Below, one piece after another: positions 18,958 to 27,926 of a stretch of 64,000 nucleotides of DNA. Origin of the DNA: an uncultured Desulfospira sp. (GTDB lineage Bacteria; Desulfobacterota; Desulfobacteria; Desulfobacterales; Desulfobacteraceae); assembly GCA_963663165.1 (NCBI GenBank), contig OY760175.1, positions 5,504,001-5,568,000 of the forward strand, written 5' to 3'. The position numbers and the translations under genes were made by a program. The notes beneath the pieces were generated by a model. That model was not told the DNA's origin, ran no database searches, and saw only the letters and a list, made by a program, of their open reading frames with translations. The first letter of the stretch is position 1, and each line of letters opens with the position of its first letter.

Positions 18958-20919
18958 TCAGAACCACTGCACGGTTATGCTGTCAGGCTCATCCAGCACT
19001 TTCCGAACCATTCGGGCCATGTCGGCCAGGGGAACCGGTTTCATGAAAAAACCGTTGACCTTCAGGGTCTCCAGCTTTTCTTTGGACACCAGATCGCTGA
19101 AGCCGGTACACAGGATAATGGGAATGGCCGGACGGATTCTTCGCAGTTCAATCACCAGCCGGTCGCCGGTCATCCCCGGCATGGTCATGTCTGTAATAAC
19201 CAGGTCAAACTGACGGGCGTGTCCGGCAAACAACTCTAATGCCTCTGTTGCGTTGCCTGCCGCCTGGACGCGGTAACCGAGTTCTGTGAGCATCTGTTTG
19301 CCCACCGCTAAAATGGCAGGTTCATCATCGACCAGCAGGATGGATTCACTGCCCCCCTGTAACGGAATCCGGGTCAACGGCTGCTCCACGGGTTTTTCCC
19401 GGGTTAACGGCAGGTACACCTCAAAAGTGGTTCCTTTGCCCATCCGGCTGTCAAACAGAATGGCCCCGTTGTGGCTTTTTATAATCCCGTGGACTGCGGC
19501 CAGGCCTAATCCGGTCCCCTTTCCCGTTTCCTTGGTTGTAAAGTAAGGTTCAAATATATGATCCATATGTTCGGGCGCAATACCGGTCCCCGTATCGGAA
19601 ACGGTCAGCTTCCCGTAATCGCCCGGCAAAAGGCCCATGCCAGCGGCTTTTGTAGCTCCTAAAGATTCATTTGACAGGATGATTTTCAATGTCCCGCCGG
19701 TTTCCATCATGGCCTGATAGGCATTGGTGCATAAGTTCATGATGATCTGATGGATCCGTGAGTAATCGCCAATGATCCGGCAAGCAGCCGCCAATTGGGT
19801 GGTGATGTCGATGGTCATGGGAATCGCAGGCCTCAGCAGCCTGAGGGCATCTTCAACAATCTGATTCAGTTCAATGGGCGATCTGGCCTGTTCGTCTTTG
19901 CGGCTGAAGGCCAGAATATGGGAAACAAGGTCCCGGGCCCTCATGCCCGAACTGTGGATGGCCTCCACCTTAGGACGGATGTACGGATCCATCGGCAGTT
20001 CCTCAAGCAGTAATTCCGAATACCCCAGAATGGCCGATAAAATATTATTAAAATCGTGGGCGATCCCTCCGGCCAGTGTTCCAATGGCTTCAAGCTTCTG
20101 GGCCTGCTGGAGCTGGGCTTTGAGTTTATCTCTCTCAATTTCGGCCCGTTTCCGGTCCGTGATATCCATCAAAGACGCCACCCGGGTGGTTTCAATTAAA
20201 CTGACCGTAACCATCACCGTTCTGATCTCACCTGATTTACGCTTAATCCTGAATTCGTATTGAAACGGCGCTGTGGTGTCCTTTCTGGTCCGCAGGGAAT
20301 GATAATTCTGCATCCTTTCCAGGTCTTCTTTGACCACTAAATCCGACCATTTTATTTTATCAATGATGTCGGCTTTGGGATATCCGGTAAGTTCTGGAAA
20401 AACCGTGTTGCATTCCCGGATGAGACCGTCTTGTTTAAAAATGCATATGGCGGTTCCCTTATGGTTAAAGATGCTTTTAAATTTGACTTCACTTTCCTTC
20501 AGCGCTATTTCCGCAAGCTTGCGGTCCGTTATATCCTCACATGTAAAGATGGTATCAAACTTTTTTATGCTGTCCGGTACCCGGGCGCACCGGATAATGA
20601 TATACCGTTTAATCCCCCCTCTTTTTAATCCGGCTGTTTCAATGGTCCCTTCGCCTGTTTCATTTATCTGGCGGTACAGGTCTGCACCTGCCGTTTCATA
20701 GGTGTCCTTATTAAGATAAAGGAATTGCGTCGTTTTCCCCACTATTTCATCAAGGCGGTAGTCGACCAGTTTGCAAAAAGCGTCATTGCACCAGACAATT
20801 TTCCGGTTTTTAATTGTGCAAATTGAGGCCGGCGATGCCTGGATAATGGTGCATAAAAGCCTTTCTCGTTCTTGTAACGCCTGTACAGAATCAGCATTCC
20901 CGAAAATGGATGGCAGCAT
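18958..20919 (-). CDS. PAS-PAS hybrid sensor histidine kinase with receiver
   Basis: AGGIAHDFNN H-box, GKGTGLGL, LLVDDE..TDMTMP. Confidence 0.93.
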   Translation of the reverse strand: MLPSIFGNADSVQALQERERLLCTIIQASPASICTIKNRKIVWCNDAFCKLVDYRLDEIVGKTTQFLYLNKDTYETAGADLYRQINETGEGTIETAGLKRGGIKRYIIIRCARVPDSIKKFDTIFTCEDITDRKLAEIALKESEVKFKSIFNHKGTAICIFKQDGLIRECNTVFPELTGYPKADIIDKIKWSDLVVKEDLERMQNYHSLRTRKDTTAPFQYEFRIKRKSGEIRTVMVTVSLIETTRVASLMDITDRKRAEIERDKLKAQLQQAQKLEAIGTLAGGIAHDFNNILSAILGYSELLLEELPMDPYIRPKVEAIHSSGMRARDLVSHILAFSRKDEQARSPIELNQIVEDALRLLRPAIPMTIDITTQLAAACRIIGDYSRIHQIIMNLCTNAYQAMMETGGTLKIILSNESLGATKAAGMGLLPGDYGKLTVSDTGTGIAPEHMDHIFEPYFTTKETGKGTGLGLAAVHGIIKSHNGAILFDSRMGKGTTFEVYLPLTREKPVEQPLTRIPLQGGSESILLVDDEPAILAVGKQMLTELGYRVQAAGNATEALELFAGHARQFDLVITDMTMPGMTGDRLVIELRRIRPAIPIILCTGFSDLVSKEKLETLKVNGFFMKPVPLADMARMVRKVLDEPDSITVQWF

Positions 20920-21060
20920 AGGGTCACTTTTCTTTAATGTTCAAAGGGGCTCCGCAGTCTGTTTTTTCTATACCAAATACGGCTGGTGTGTAAAGGCCTT
21001 ATTCGTTTGGGGCCCGGGTATCCGCATTTGAAATAATATGGCGGACGAACGAAAAAAAAG

Positions 21061-21149
21061 GGAGGCCGGAGAAAAGGAGACGGGAGACCGGAATGTGAAA
21101 CCCCTCAGAATGTGTGATCCGGTCTCCCTTTTTCCGGTCTTCGGTCTCC
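21061..21149. repeat. Palindrome of GGAGAC(C/G)-type short repeats
   Basis: GGAGGCCGGAGAAAAGGAGACGGGAGACCGGA...TCCGGTCTCCCTTTTTCCGGTCTTCGGTCTCC. Confidence 0.75.
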
Positions 21150-21241
21150 TTTTATTTGACATCACTGGGGGATTGCCGTAAATAGTTAGATATACAGATT
21201 AAACCATAAGTAAGAATTGAATCCCGGCCCGTTGAGGAAAA

Positions 21242-21835
21242 ATGATGAAACATCAATTGATCACATTTTTCTTAATCGCCCTGTTCGCTATACTTTGCCC
21301 GTCAAAGACAGCGGTTTTTGCCGGTGACGGCAAATGGTTTGCCAGTATCTATGTCGGGCAGGCAACGGACAATCATCTTACCGCTATGGTTACTGAAGGT
21401 ACGGGGTTCATGGATTATTATCTGGTGTCCATTGGTTTGGGAAGAGAAATCTGGCGATACCGGGATTGTATTTCTTTTGAATGGGAGATTCAAATCGCCG
21501 AGCATTATGGCCACCAGAGTTATGAAGAATACAACGCAATGCTGGTGGCCAGGTGGCTTAAATTCCCCTGGGACCGTTATCTGGACACCAGCTTCGGGTT
21601 CGGTGAAGGCCTTTCCTATGCCAGCGAAACACCGGAAGTCGAAATCAAAAACTATGATGACAAGGTGTCCCGGTTTTTAAATTTTTTAAAATTCGAGATT
21701 GCGGTTAATCTTCCGTCAACGCCGGAATGGGTCGGGTTTGTTCAGATTTACCACCGTTCCGGTGTGTTCGGCACTTTCAACGGGGTTACCGGGGCCAGCA
21801 ATTTCATCGGCCTGGGGCTTCGATACCGGTTTTAA
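21242..21835 (+). CDS. Outer-membrane beta-barrel protein (PagL/acyloxyacyl hydrolase-like)
   Basis: Signal peptide, GEGLSYA, HRSG motif, terminal GLRYRF. Confidence 0.6.
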   Translation: MMKHQLITFFLIALFAILCPSKTAVFAGDGKWFASIYVGQATDNHLTAMVTEGTGFMDYYLVSIGLGREIWRYRDCISFEWEIQIAEHYGHQSYEEYNAMLVARWLKFPWDRYLDTSFGFGEGLSYASETPEVEIKNYDDKVSRFLNFLKFEIAVNLPSTPEWVGFVQIYHRSGVFGTFNGVTGASNFIGLGLRYRF

Positions 21836-21843
21836 CTTGCTGC

Positions 21844-22836
21844 CTAACCATTTATCAGTGCCTGAGGGTTAACCACATGGGGAACGGTGCCGGTTTTATA
21901 AAACTCAATGATGTTTTCTGCGGCCAGAAGGGACATACCGTTTCTGGCTTCCTTTGTGGCCGAACCAATATGGGGCAGCACACAGACATTTTCCATGGAC
22001 AGCAGCGGATGGTCTTTGGCCATGGGTTCCGGGTCTGTGACATCCAGGCCGGCCCCCCAGATATCCCTGTCTTTTAGGGCGTTCAAAAGATCACTCTGGT
22101 GGTGGACCGCCCCCCGGGCTGTGTTAATAAAAATAGCCGAGGGCTTCATTCGTTTGAATGCGGCCTTGTCAAACACCCCTTTGGTTTCCGGGGTCAGGGG
22201 ACAATGGGCCGATACCACATCACTTTGGGCCAGCAGGTCTTTAAAGTCCACCCGGCGGGCATCAAGTTCTTTTTCGGCAGCAGGGTAAGGGTTCCGGTTG
22301 CAATAAAGGATATCCATGCCATAGGCCCCTTTGCACCGCCGGGCCATGGCCATCCCGATCCGGCCCATGCCGAAGATGCCAAGGGTTTTGCCGGAAGGCT
22401 CCATCCCCAGGTGGGCCCGGGGCCTGAAAAAGTCCCAGCCTCCGTCCAGGATCAGCTTGTGGTTAAAAAACATTTTACGGGCCGTGGCAATCATCAGGCC
22501 AAAGGCGATATCGGCCGTGGCCTCGGTCATGACATCCGGGGTGTAGCCCACGGGAATTGAACGTGCCGTGGCATAGGCCACATCAATATTGTCATATCCG
22601 ACGGCAAACTGGGAAATGATCTCGAGGCGGGGGCATTGATCTAGAAATTTTTGGTTGACGGCGTCGCTTAAGGTACACATCAGGGCCTGGTGGCCCTGGG
22701 CGTTTTGAGAAAGCTCATCCGGTGTCATGGGCCGCTCCTGATGCCACAGGGTCAGCTCAAATCCGTTTTTTTCCAGCAGTTCCAGGCCGATTACCGGGAA
22801 TTTCCTGGTTACCAGTACTTTTTTTAGCGGATCCAT
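21844..22836 (-). CDS. D-isomer 2-hydroxyacid dehydrogenase (glyoxylate reductase-like)
   Basis: AVGYDNID, GMGRIG, INTARG, GLDV..PEP, PHIGSAT. Confidence 0.93.
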   Translation of the reverse strand: MDPLKKVLVTRKFPVIGLELLEKNGFELTLWHQERPMTPDELSQNAQGHQALMCTLSDAVNQKFLDQCPRLEIISQFAVGYDNIDVAYATARSIPVGYTPDVMTEATADIAFGLMIATARKMFFNHKLILDGGWDFFRPRAHLGMEPSGKTLGIFGMGRIGMAMARRCKGAYGMDILYCNRNPYPAAEKELDARRVDFKDLLAQSDVVSAHCPLTPETKGVFDKAAFKRMKPSAIFINTARGAVHHQSDLLNALKDRDIWGAGLDVTDPEPMAKDHPLLSMENVCVLPHIGSATKEARNGMSLLAAENIIEFYKTGTVPHVVNPQALING

Positions 22837-22843
22837 TATTTTT

Positions 22844-23287
22844 TTAAAATTTCCTAATCAGTATCACCCCGGCCATCACCAATGCAATCCCGGCCACCCG
22901 CAGCCAGTTCACCGGGTGGGCCGGAATATCGAACAGCCCCAGGTGATCAATGAACAAGGCCATGATCATCTGTCCGGCCACCAGCAGGCTGAAGGTTAGG
23001 GCCGCCCCAAGTTTCGGGGTGAGCATAATGGTGGAGGCCACAAAAAAAGCCCCGAGGCAGCCGGCCCCCCAGTAAACCCAGTGAAGGGAAGATGCCTGGC
23101 GGGCGGCTGAAAAGTCCACCCGGACCACCAGGGAATAGAGAAACAGGGTCAGGGTTCCCACACAAAAGGAAATCAGGGCCGCATAAACCGGATCACCCAG
23201 GCTCTTTCCCATTTTCGTGTTCAGCCCGGCCTGGAGGGTACCCAGCATGCCGGCCACCAGGGCCGTCAAAAGCAAAATGGTTTTCAT
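22844..23287 (-). CDS. DMT family transporter (YdcZ/DUF606-like)
   Basis: QAGLN..G, GQM..ALFIDHLGLF. Confidence 0.85.
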   Translation of the reverse strand: MKTILLLTALVAGMLGTLQAGLNTKMGKSLGDPVYAALISFCVGTLTLFLYSLVVRVDFSAARQASSLHWVYWGAGCLGAFFVASTIMLTPKLGAALTFSLLVAGQMIMALFIDHLGLFDIPAHPVNWLRVAGIALVMAGVILIRKF

Positions 23288-23299
23288 GGACTGCCCTTT

Positions 23300-23692
23300 T
23301 TACCCTGCTAAAATTTTAACATTGACCTTCCGGTTCCGGGGGCCGTCAAACTCGCAGAAAAAAATACCCTGCCAGGTCCCCAGGACCATGCTGCCGTTTT
23401 CAAGGGGGATCAGTTCCGACGGCCCAAACAGGCTGACCTTGATGTGGGCCGCGGAATTGCCTTCCATGTGTTTGAAATGGTCATCCCAGGGAATGACCTT
23501 ATTTATGGTTTTGAGAATATCCGCCTCCACTGCAGGGTCAGCGTTTTCGTTGATGGTGACGGCCGCTGTGGTGTGCATGGAATACACATGGACCAGGCCG
23601 TCCCTGATACCGGATGCCTGGACCACCTCCCTGACTTTGGCGGTGATGTCGATCATCTGGGTCCTGGCCGCAGTTTTGACGGAAATCATCAT
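23300..23692 (-). CDS. yjbQ: YjbQ/UPF0047 family protein
   Basis: HTTAAVTINENADP, HMEGNSAAHIK, LGTWQGIFFCEFDGPR. Confidence 0.92.
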   Translation of the reverse strand: MMISVKTAARTQMIDITAKVREVVQASGIRDGLVHVYSMHTTAAVTINENADPAVEADILKTINKVIPWDDHFKHMEGNSAAHIKVSLFGPSELIPLENGSMVLGTWQGIFFCEFDGPRNRKVNVKILAG

Positions 23693-25698
23693 GGCTTTAC
23701 CATTTCAAGGGCTTTCTTAACAATATTATCTGCTGAAAAACCAAATTCTTTTAATACCCTGCCGCCGGGGGCGGATGCGCCGAACCGGTCAATGCCGATG
23801 ATCTGTCCCTCATCTTTGACATATTTTTCCCAGCCCATGGAGATTCCGGCTTCAACGGCCAGCCGTTTTTTTACGGTATCCGGCAGCATTCTTTTTTTAT
23901 ACGCTTTGGGGGCCGCCTCAAACCATTCCCAGGACGGCATGGAAAGCACGGTGGCCTTGACCTTGTGTTCTTTTTCCAGAATATTTGCCGCTTCAAGGCT
24001 GACATGGACTTCAGCCCCGGTGGCAATGATGATCATGTCGGCATCCGTGCCGGCATCTTTGACCGGGTATGCCCCGAAGTTAAAATCAATATTATCTTTT
24101 GAAGCTTCCAGGACCGGCAGTTTCTGGCGGCTTAGGATCAGGGCCGTGGGAGAACTCATGTGGCTTAAGGCCTGTTTCCAGGCCAGGGCCGTCTCGTTGG
24201 CATCGGCCGGCCGGACCACTTTTAAGCCGGGGATGGCCCGAAGGGAGGCGATATGCTCCACGGGCTGATGGGTGGGGCCGTCTTCGCCCACGGCCACGCT
24301 GTCGTGGGTGAACACGTAAATCAGGGGCAGGTTCATGAGGCTGGCCACCCGGATGGCCGGTCTTAAGTAATCGGCAAATACCAGAAAGGTGCCGCCATAG
24401 GGCCGGACCCCTGAATGCAGGTACATGCCGGTCATGATGGCGCCCATGGCATGTTCCCGGACCCCGAACCGGATGTTTCTGTTCTCCCGGGCGGCGGCCT
24501 GAAATTCGGCGGAACAGTCCATATAGGTTTTATTGGACGGGGCCAGATCGGCGGAGCCGCCCATGAGGGTGGGCAGGTTCGGGGCAATGGCATTGAGCAC
24601 CTTGCCGGATGCGGCCCGGGTGGCAATGGGGCCGTCTTCTGGATTCAGCCACTTGATATCCTTGTCCCATCCCAGGGTCAGAAATCCACTGACGGCATCG
24701 GCAAACAGGGCCGTATCTTCCGGGTAATCCACCCGGTATACATCAAATACGGCCTGCCAGGTGGCCTCAAATCCCTGGCCGTAAGCAACGGCTTTCCGGG
24801 TATTTTCCAGAACCTCCTGGGGCACGTAAAAATCTTTGTCCGCCGGAACCTGGTAGAATTCCTTGACCTTTTTGATTTCTTCTTCACCCAAAGGAGAACC
24901 ATGGGCGTCGGGGCTGTCCTGCTTGGCCGGGCTGCCATAGGCAATGTGGGTGGACAGCTTGATCAGGGTCGGCCTTCCCACAGCGTCCTGTCCGGCCTGG
25001 ATGGCTTTCTGGATACCGTTAAGGTCGTTGCCGTCGCCCACTTCAACCACATGCCAGTTCATGCTTTCAAATTTGGCTTTGACGTTTTCCGTAAAGGTGA
25101 TATCGGTTTTGCCTTCAATGGTGATGGCATTGTCGTCATAAATCATGATCAGCTTGCCAAGACCTAAGTGGCCGGCCAGGGAAACCGCTTCCATGGCCAC
25201 CCCTTCCATAAGGTCCCCGTCGCCGCAGATCACATAAGTATAGTGGTTGATCAGTTCTTTATCATCTTTGTTAAACCGGGCGGCCAGATGGGTTTCGGCA
25301 ATGGCCATGCCCACGGCATTGGCCACGCCCTGGCCCAAGGGACCGGTGGTGGTCTCAACCCCGGGGGTATGCCCGTACTCCGGATGGCCCGGGGTTTTAG
25401 AGCCCCACTGCCTGAAATCCTTAAGGTCATCCAGTTCCAGCCCGTATCCAAAAAGGTAAAGCAGACTGTAAAGCAGGGAAGAACAATGGCCCCCGGACAG
25501 GACAAACCGGTCCCGGTTAATCCAGGCCGGATTCTTGGGGTTGTGCTTTAAAAACCGTTTGAACAGCACATATGCGGCCGGCGCAAGTCCCATAGGCGCA
25601 CCGGGATGGCCTGAGTTTGCCTTCTGGACGGCGTCAATGCAAAGGGTACGGATGGTGTTAATGGTCAGTTGGTCTAGTGTTTCAGCGGCATCAGCCAT
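23689..25698 (-). CDS. tkt: Transketolase
   Basis: NSGHPGAPMG, TTGPLGQG, GDGDLMEG, FGVREHAM, GEDGPTHQP; ATG at 25698 after GGGAGA. Confidence 0.97.
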   Translation of the reverse strand: MADAAETLDQLTINTIRTLCIDAVQKANSGHPGAPMGLAPAAYVLFKRFLKHNPKNPAWINRDRFVLSGGHCSSLLYSLLYLFGYGLELDDLKDFRQWGSKTPGHPEYGHTPGVETTTGPLGQGVANAVGMAIAETHLAARFNKDDKELINHYTYVICGDGDLMEGVAMEAVSLAGHLGLGKLIMIYDDNAITIEGKTDITFTENVKAKFESMNWHVVEVGDGNDLNGIQKAIQAGQDAVGRPTLIKLSTHIAYGSPAKQDSPDAHGSPLGEEEIKKVKEFYQVPADKDFYVPQEVLENTRKAVAYGQGFEATWQAVFDVYRVDYPEDTALFADAVSGFLTLGWDKDIKWLNPEDGPIATRAASGKVLNAIAPNLPTLMGGSADLAPSNKTYMDCSAEFQAAARENRNIRFGVREHAMGAIMTGMYLHSGVRPYGGTFLVFADYLRPAIRVASLMNLPLIYVFTHDSVAVGEDGPTHQPVEHIASLRAIPGLKVVRPADANETALAWKQALSHMSSPTALILSRQKLPVLEASKDNIDFNFGAYPVKDAGTDADMIIIATGAEVHVSLEAANILEKEHKVKATVLSMPSWEWFEAAPKAYKKRMLPDTVKKRLAVEAGISMGWEKYVKDEGQIIGIDRFGASAPGGRVLKEFGFSADNIVKKALEMVKP

Positions 25699-25801
25699 GG
25701 TAGTTCTCCCTTCAAGAAACTGGAAATTCGATACAGGAAACAAGGCCTTGAACGCGCCTTGGCCGGTGTATCCTGCCTGCTTATGGTTAGTTTTTTATGA
25801 A

Positions 25802-25882
25802 AGCGGTTAGCTATAAGCAGTTAGCGGTTAGCGGACTGGGGTAATCTAAAAGCTAACGGCTAATTGCTAAAAGCTAATGGCT
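25802..25882. repeat. Heptamer-repeat palindrome (GCGGTTA)n...(TAACGGC/TAAAAGC)n
   Basis: Read directly; same family surrounds the IS1380 site (11791-11807, 13651-13680, 13800-13833). Confidence 0.75.
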
Positions 25883-26096
25883 TTCAGCCTTTATTTCGGA
25901 CAACACTGGCTCCAACACCCAGGCCGCCCATGACAGTTCTCTTAACGGCCTCTTGCGGCCATCCCCAATTATGAATCCTTAAAATGGTTTTCTGAAGGCC
26001 CTAAAAAACCGTGTAGTCCATGTCCGGCCCTCAAAAAGTAAACCCTTATTTTTATCAGGTATAATTTTAAAACTCAACAAGTTGTTTGGGTTCTGA

Positions 26097-26354
26097 CAGG
26101 GTGATCGCATGTAACTTGCCGGCTGGGTAGTCGAAATCGAAATCGTTATCGAAATCGAGCGAATCTTGAAACCAATTTCAATTTTTGGGTTGGAGCGGGC
26201 CATGCCCGCGATTCGATCGCGGGCATGGCCCGCTCCAACCTTGCATTGACCCAAAATGTAACGATAGCTGCAGGACGCCGGGTTTCCTTGGAGGAGCGCA
26301 TTCCGGTCTCCATTTAATTATTATGGATTGCTTTTTTTACATGCGATTGCCCTG
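26097..26354. repeat. MITE-like unit with 18-bp terminal IRs enclosing (TCGAAA)n repeats and a REP doublet
   Basis: CAGGGTGATCGCATGTAA versus TTACATGCGATTGCCCTG (16/18). Confidence 0.6.
26192..26311. repeat. REP-like doublet GGAGCGGGCCATGCCCGCGA plus tail; left arm of a ~120-bp inverted repeat
   Basis: Inverted copy at 27785-27901. Confidence 0.85.
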
Positions 26355-26446
26355 CCGGTTTTGAACATCCGCTTGACAGTGGCCTGCGGGTCCTTTAAAA
26401 AGGAAGATATCCATAATTTAAAGTCATCTTGGGGTCTGATAATAGC

Positions 26447-27757
26447 ATGATCAAATCAATCATTAAGCTTTTTGTTTTTTTGGTTTTTGTTCTGGTGGTG
26501 GTCTGCCCGATTGCGCTTTTGGTCACCGCCATTGAAAAGACGCCTGCGGTAGGGGAAAGCCCTGAATTGTCATTCGACAATGTCAAACGGGTGGAGCAGC
26601 TTATCCGCCAGTACAAACCCAGGTATATGCGGTTTAAGCAGGTCCGGCGGATCAGTGTCCTTGAAGATGACTTAAATCTGATGGTCAATTACGGGGTCTC
26701 TCAGCTCACCAGCAGGAATTTTATTTATCCTCAGATCTTTTTGTCCGACCCCATGGTCTATGTCCGTGCCACCGTAAAGATTCCCCCAACCCCTTTAGGG
26801 GAATATGTTAACCCGGAACTGGCGCTGAAGTTTACCCATGACAGACCCGATATCGCTTACCTGGGCCTGGGAAAAGTTAACATCCCCGGCTGGATTATCA
26901 AGCCCCTGGCCTCATTTTTAGGGACCCGTTTTTTGAGCCCGGAAATTTATGACCAGCTCATCAAAAATCTGGATGCCATACGCTCTGTTTCAATCCGGCA
27001 AAAGCGCTTGAGTCTGATCTACGAGTGGGACCCGGAATCTTTGGCCAAACTTCATGAAAGCGGCAAGACCCTTCTGGTCTCACCGGAACACCAGGCCGGG
27101 CTGATCCTGTACACTAACGAACTGAGCAGCATTGCCGCCATCGTAAAGGAACATCAGGTTAAGCCCATTTCCCTTTCCCGGGTGATCCGGTCCCTGTTTC
27201 AGCTGGCTGCCGACCAAAGCCGGATTTCAGCGGACCCGGTCATGGAAAACCGGGCACTGCTCCAGGCCCTGACCATTTATTGCCTGGGTGAATCCCTTGA
27301 GCATCTGGTCAATGAAGACCGGCTCAAAGAGGTTAAGCCCCGTGTGGACATGACCTTGAGCCTTAACGGCAGAGATGACCTGGCCAAACATTTTCTGGTT
27401 TCCGCAGGCCTGGCGGTTTCAGCCGGCAGCAAGCTCAGCCAGTTTGTGGGACTTGCCAAGGAGGTGGATGATTCAGCCGGGGGAAGCGGATTCAGCTTTG
27501 CTGACCTGGCCGCAGACAGGGCCGGGGTGAGGCTGGGAGAACTGGCCGTTGATTCCCCGGAACAGGCATCCCGGATCCAGCAGAAAATGGCTGCCGTAAA
27601 AAAGGAAAGCGAATTCATGCCTAAAATCGACCACCTGCCCGAAGGCATCATGGAATTGCAGTTCAAAAAACAGTATACCGATCTGGACTCTGCCGCCTAT
27701 CTCCTGATTGAGGATGAAATCAGCCGCCGTATTGAAAACTGCACGGCTTACCAGTGA
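26447..27757 (+). CDS. Membrane-anchored hypothetical protein
   Basis: N-terminal TM helix; C-terminal DLAKHFLVSA..KEVDDS.GGSGFSFADLAADRAG. Confidence 0.75.
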   Translation: MIKSIIKLFVFLVFVLVVVCPIALLVTAIEKTPAVGESPELSFDNVKRVEQLIRQYKPRYMRFKQVRRISVLEDDLNLMVNYGVSQLTSRNFIYPQIFLSDPMVYVRATVKIPPTPLGEYVNPELALKFTHDRPDIAYLGLGKVNIPGWIIKPLASFLGTRFLSPEIYDQLIKNLDAIRSVSIRQKRLSLIYEWDPESLAKLHESGKTLLVSPEHQAGLILYTNELSSIAAIVKEHQVKPISLSRVIRSLFQLAADQSRISADPVMENRALLQALTIYCLGESLEHLVNEDRLKEVKPRVDMTLSLNGRDDLAKHFLVSAGLAVSAGSKLSQFVGLAKEVDDSAGGSGFSFADLAADRAGVRLGELAVDSPEQASRIQQKMAAVKKESEFMPKIDHLPEGIMELQFKKQYTDLDSAAYLLIEDEISRRIENCTAYQ

Positions 27758-27784
27758 TAAGAAGGAATCCGGGAACCGGAGGCG

Positions 27785-27901
27785 GGAGACCGGATGCGTT
27801 CCTCTAAGGGAACCCCGCATCCGGCGTCTATCGTTACATTTTGGGTCAATGCAAGGGAGGAGCGGGCCATGCCCGCGATCGAATCGCGGGCATGGCCCGC
27901 T
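27785..27901. repeat. Right arm of the ~120-bp inverted repeat with REP-like doublet
   Basis: CTATCGTTACATTTTGGGTCAATGCAAGG is the reverse complement of 26239-26267. Confidence 0.85.
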
Positions 27902-27926
27902 ACCCTAATGAATCACAGGAGGGCTT

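Noticed and set aside
23217..25551. Long plus-strand ORFs opposite tkt and yjbQ (and similar shadows elsewhere)
   Set aside because: Antisense shadows of well-conserved genes
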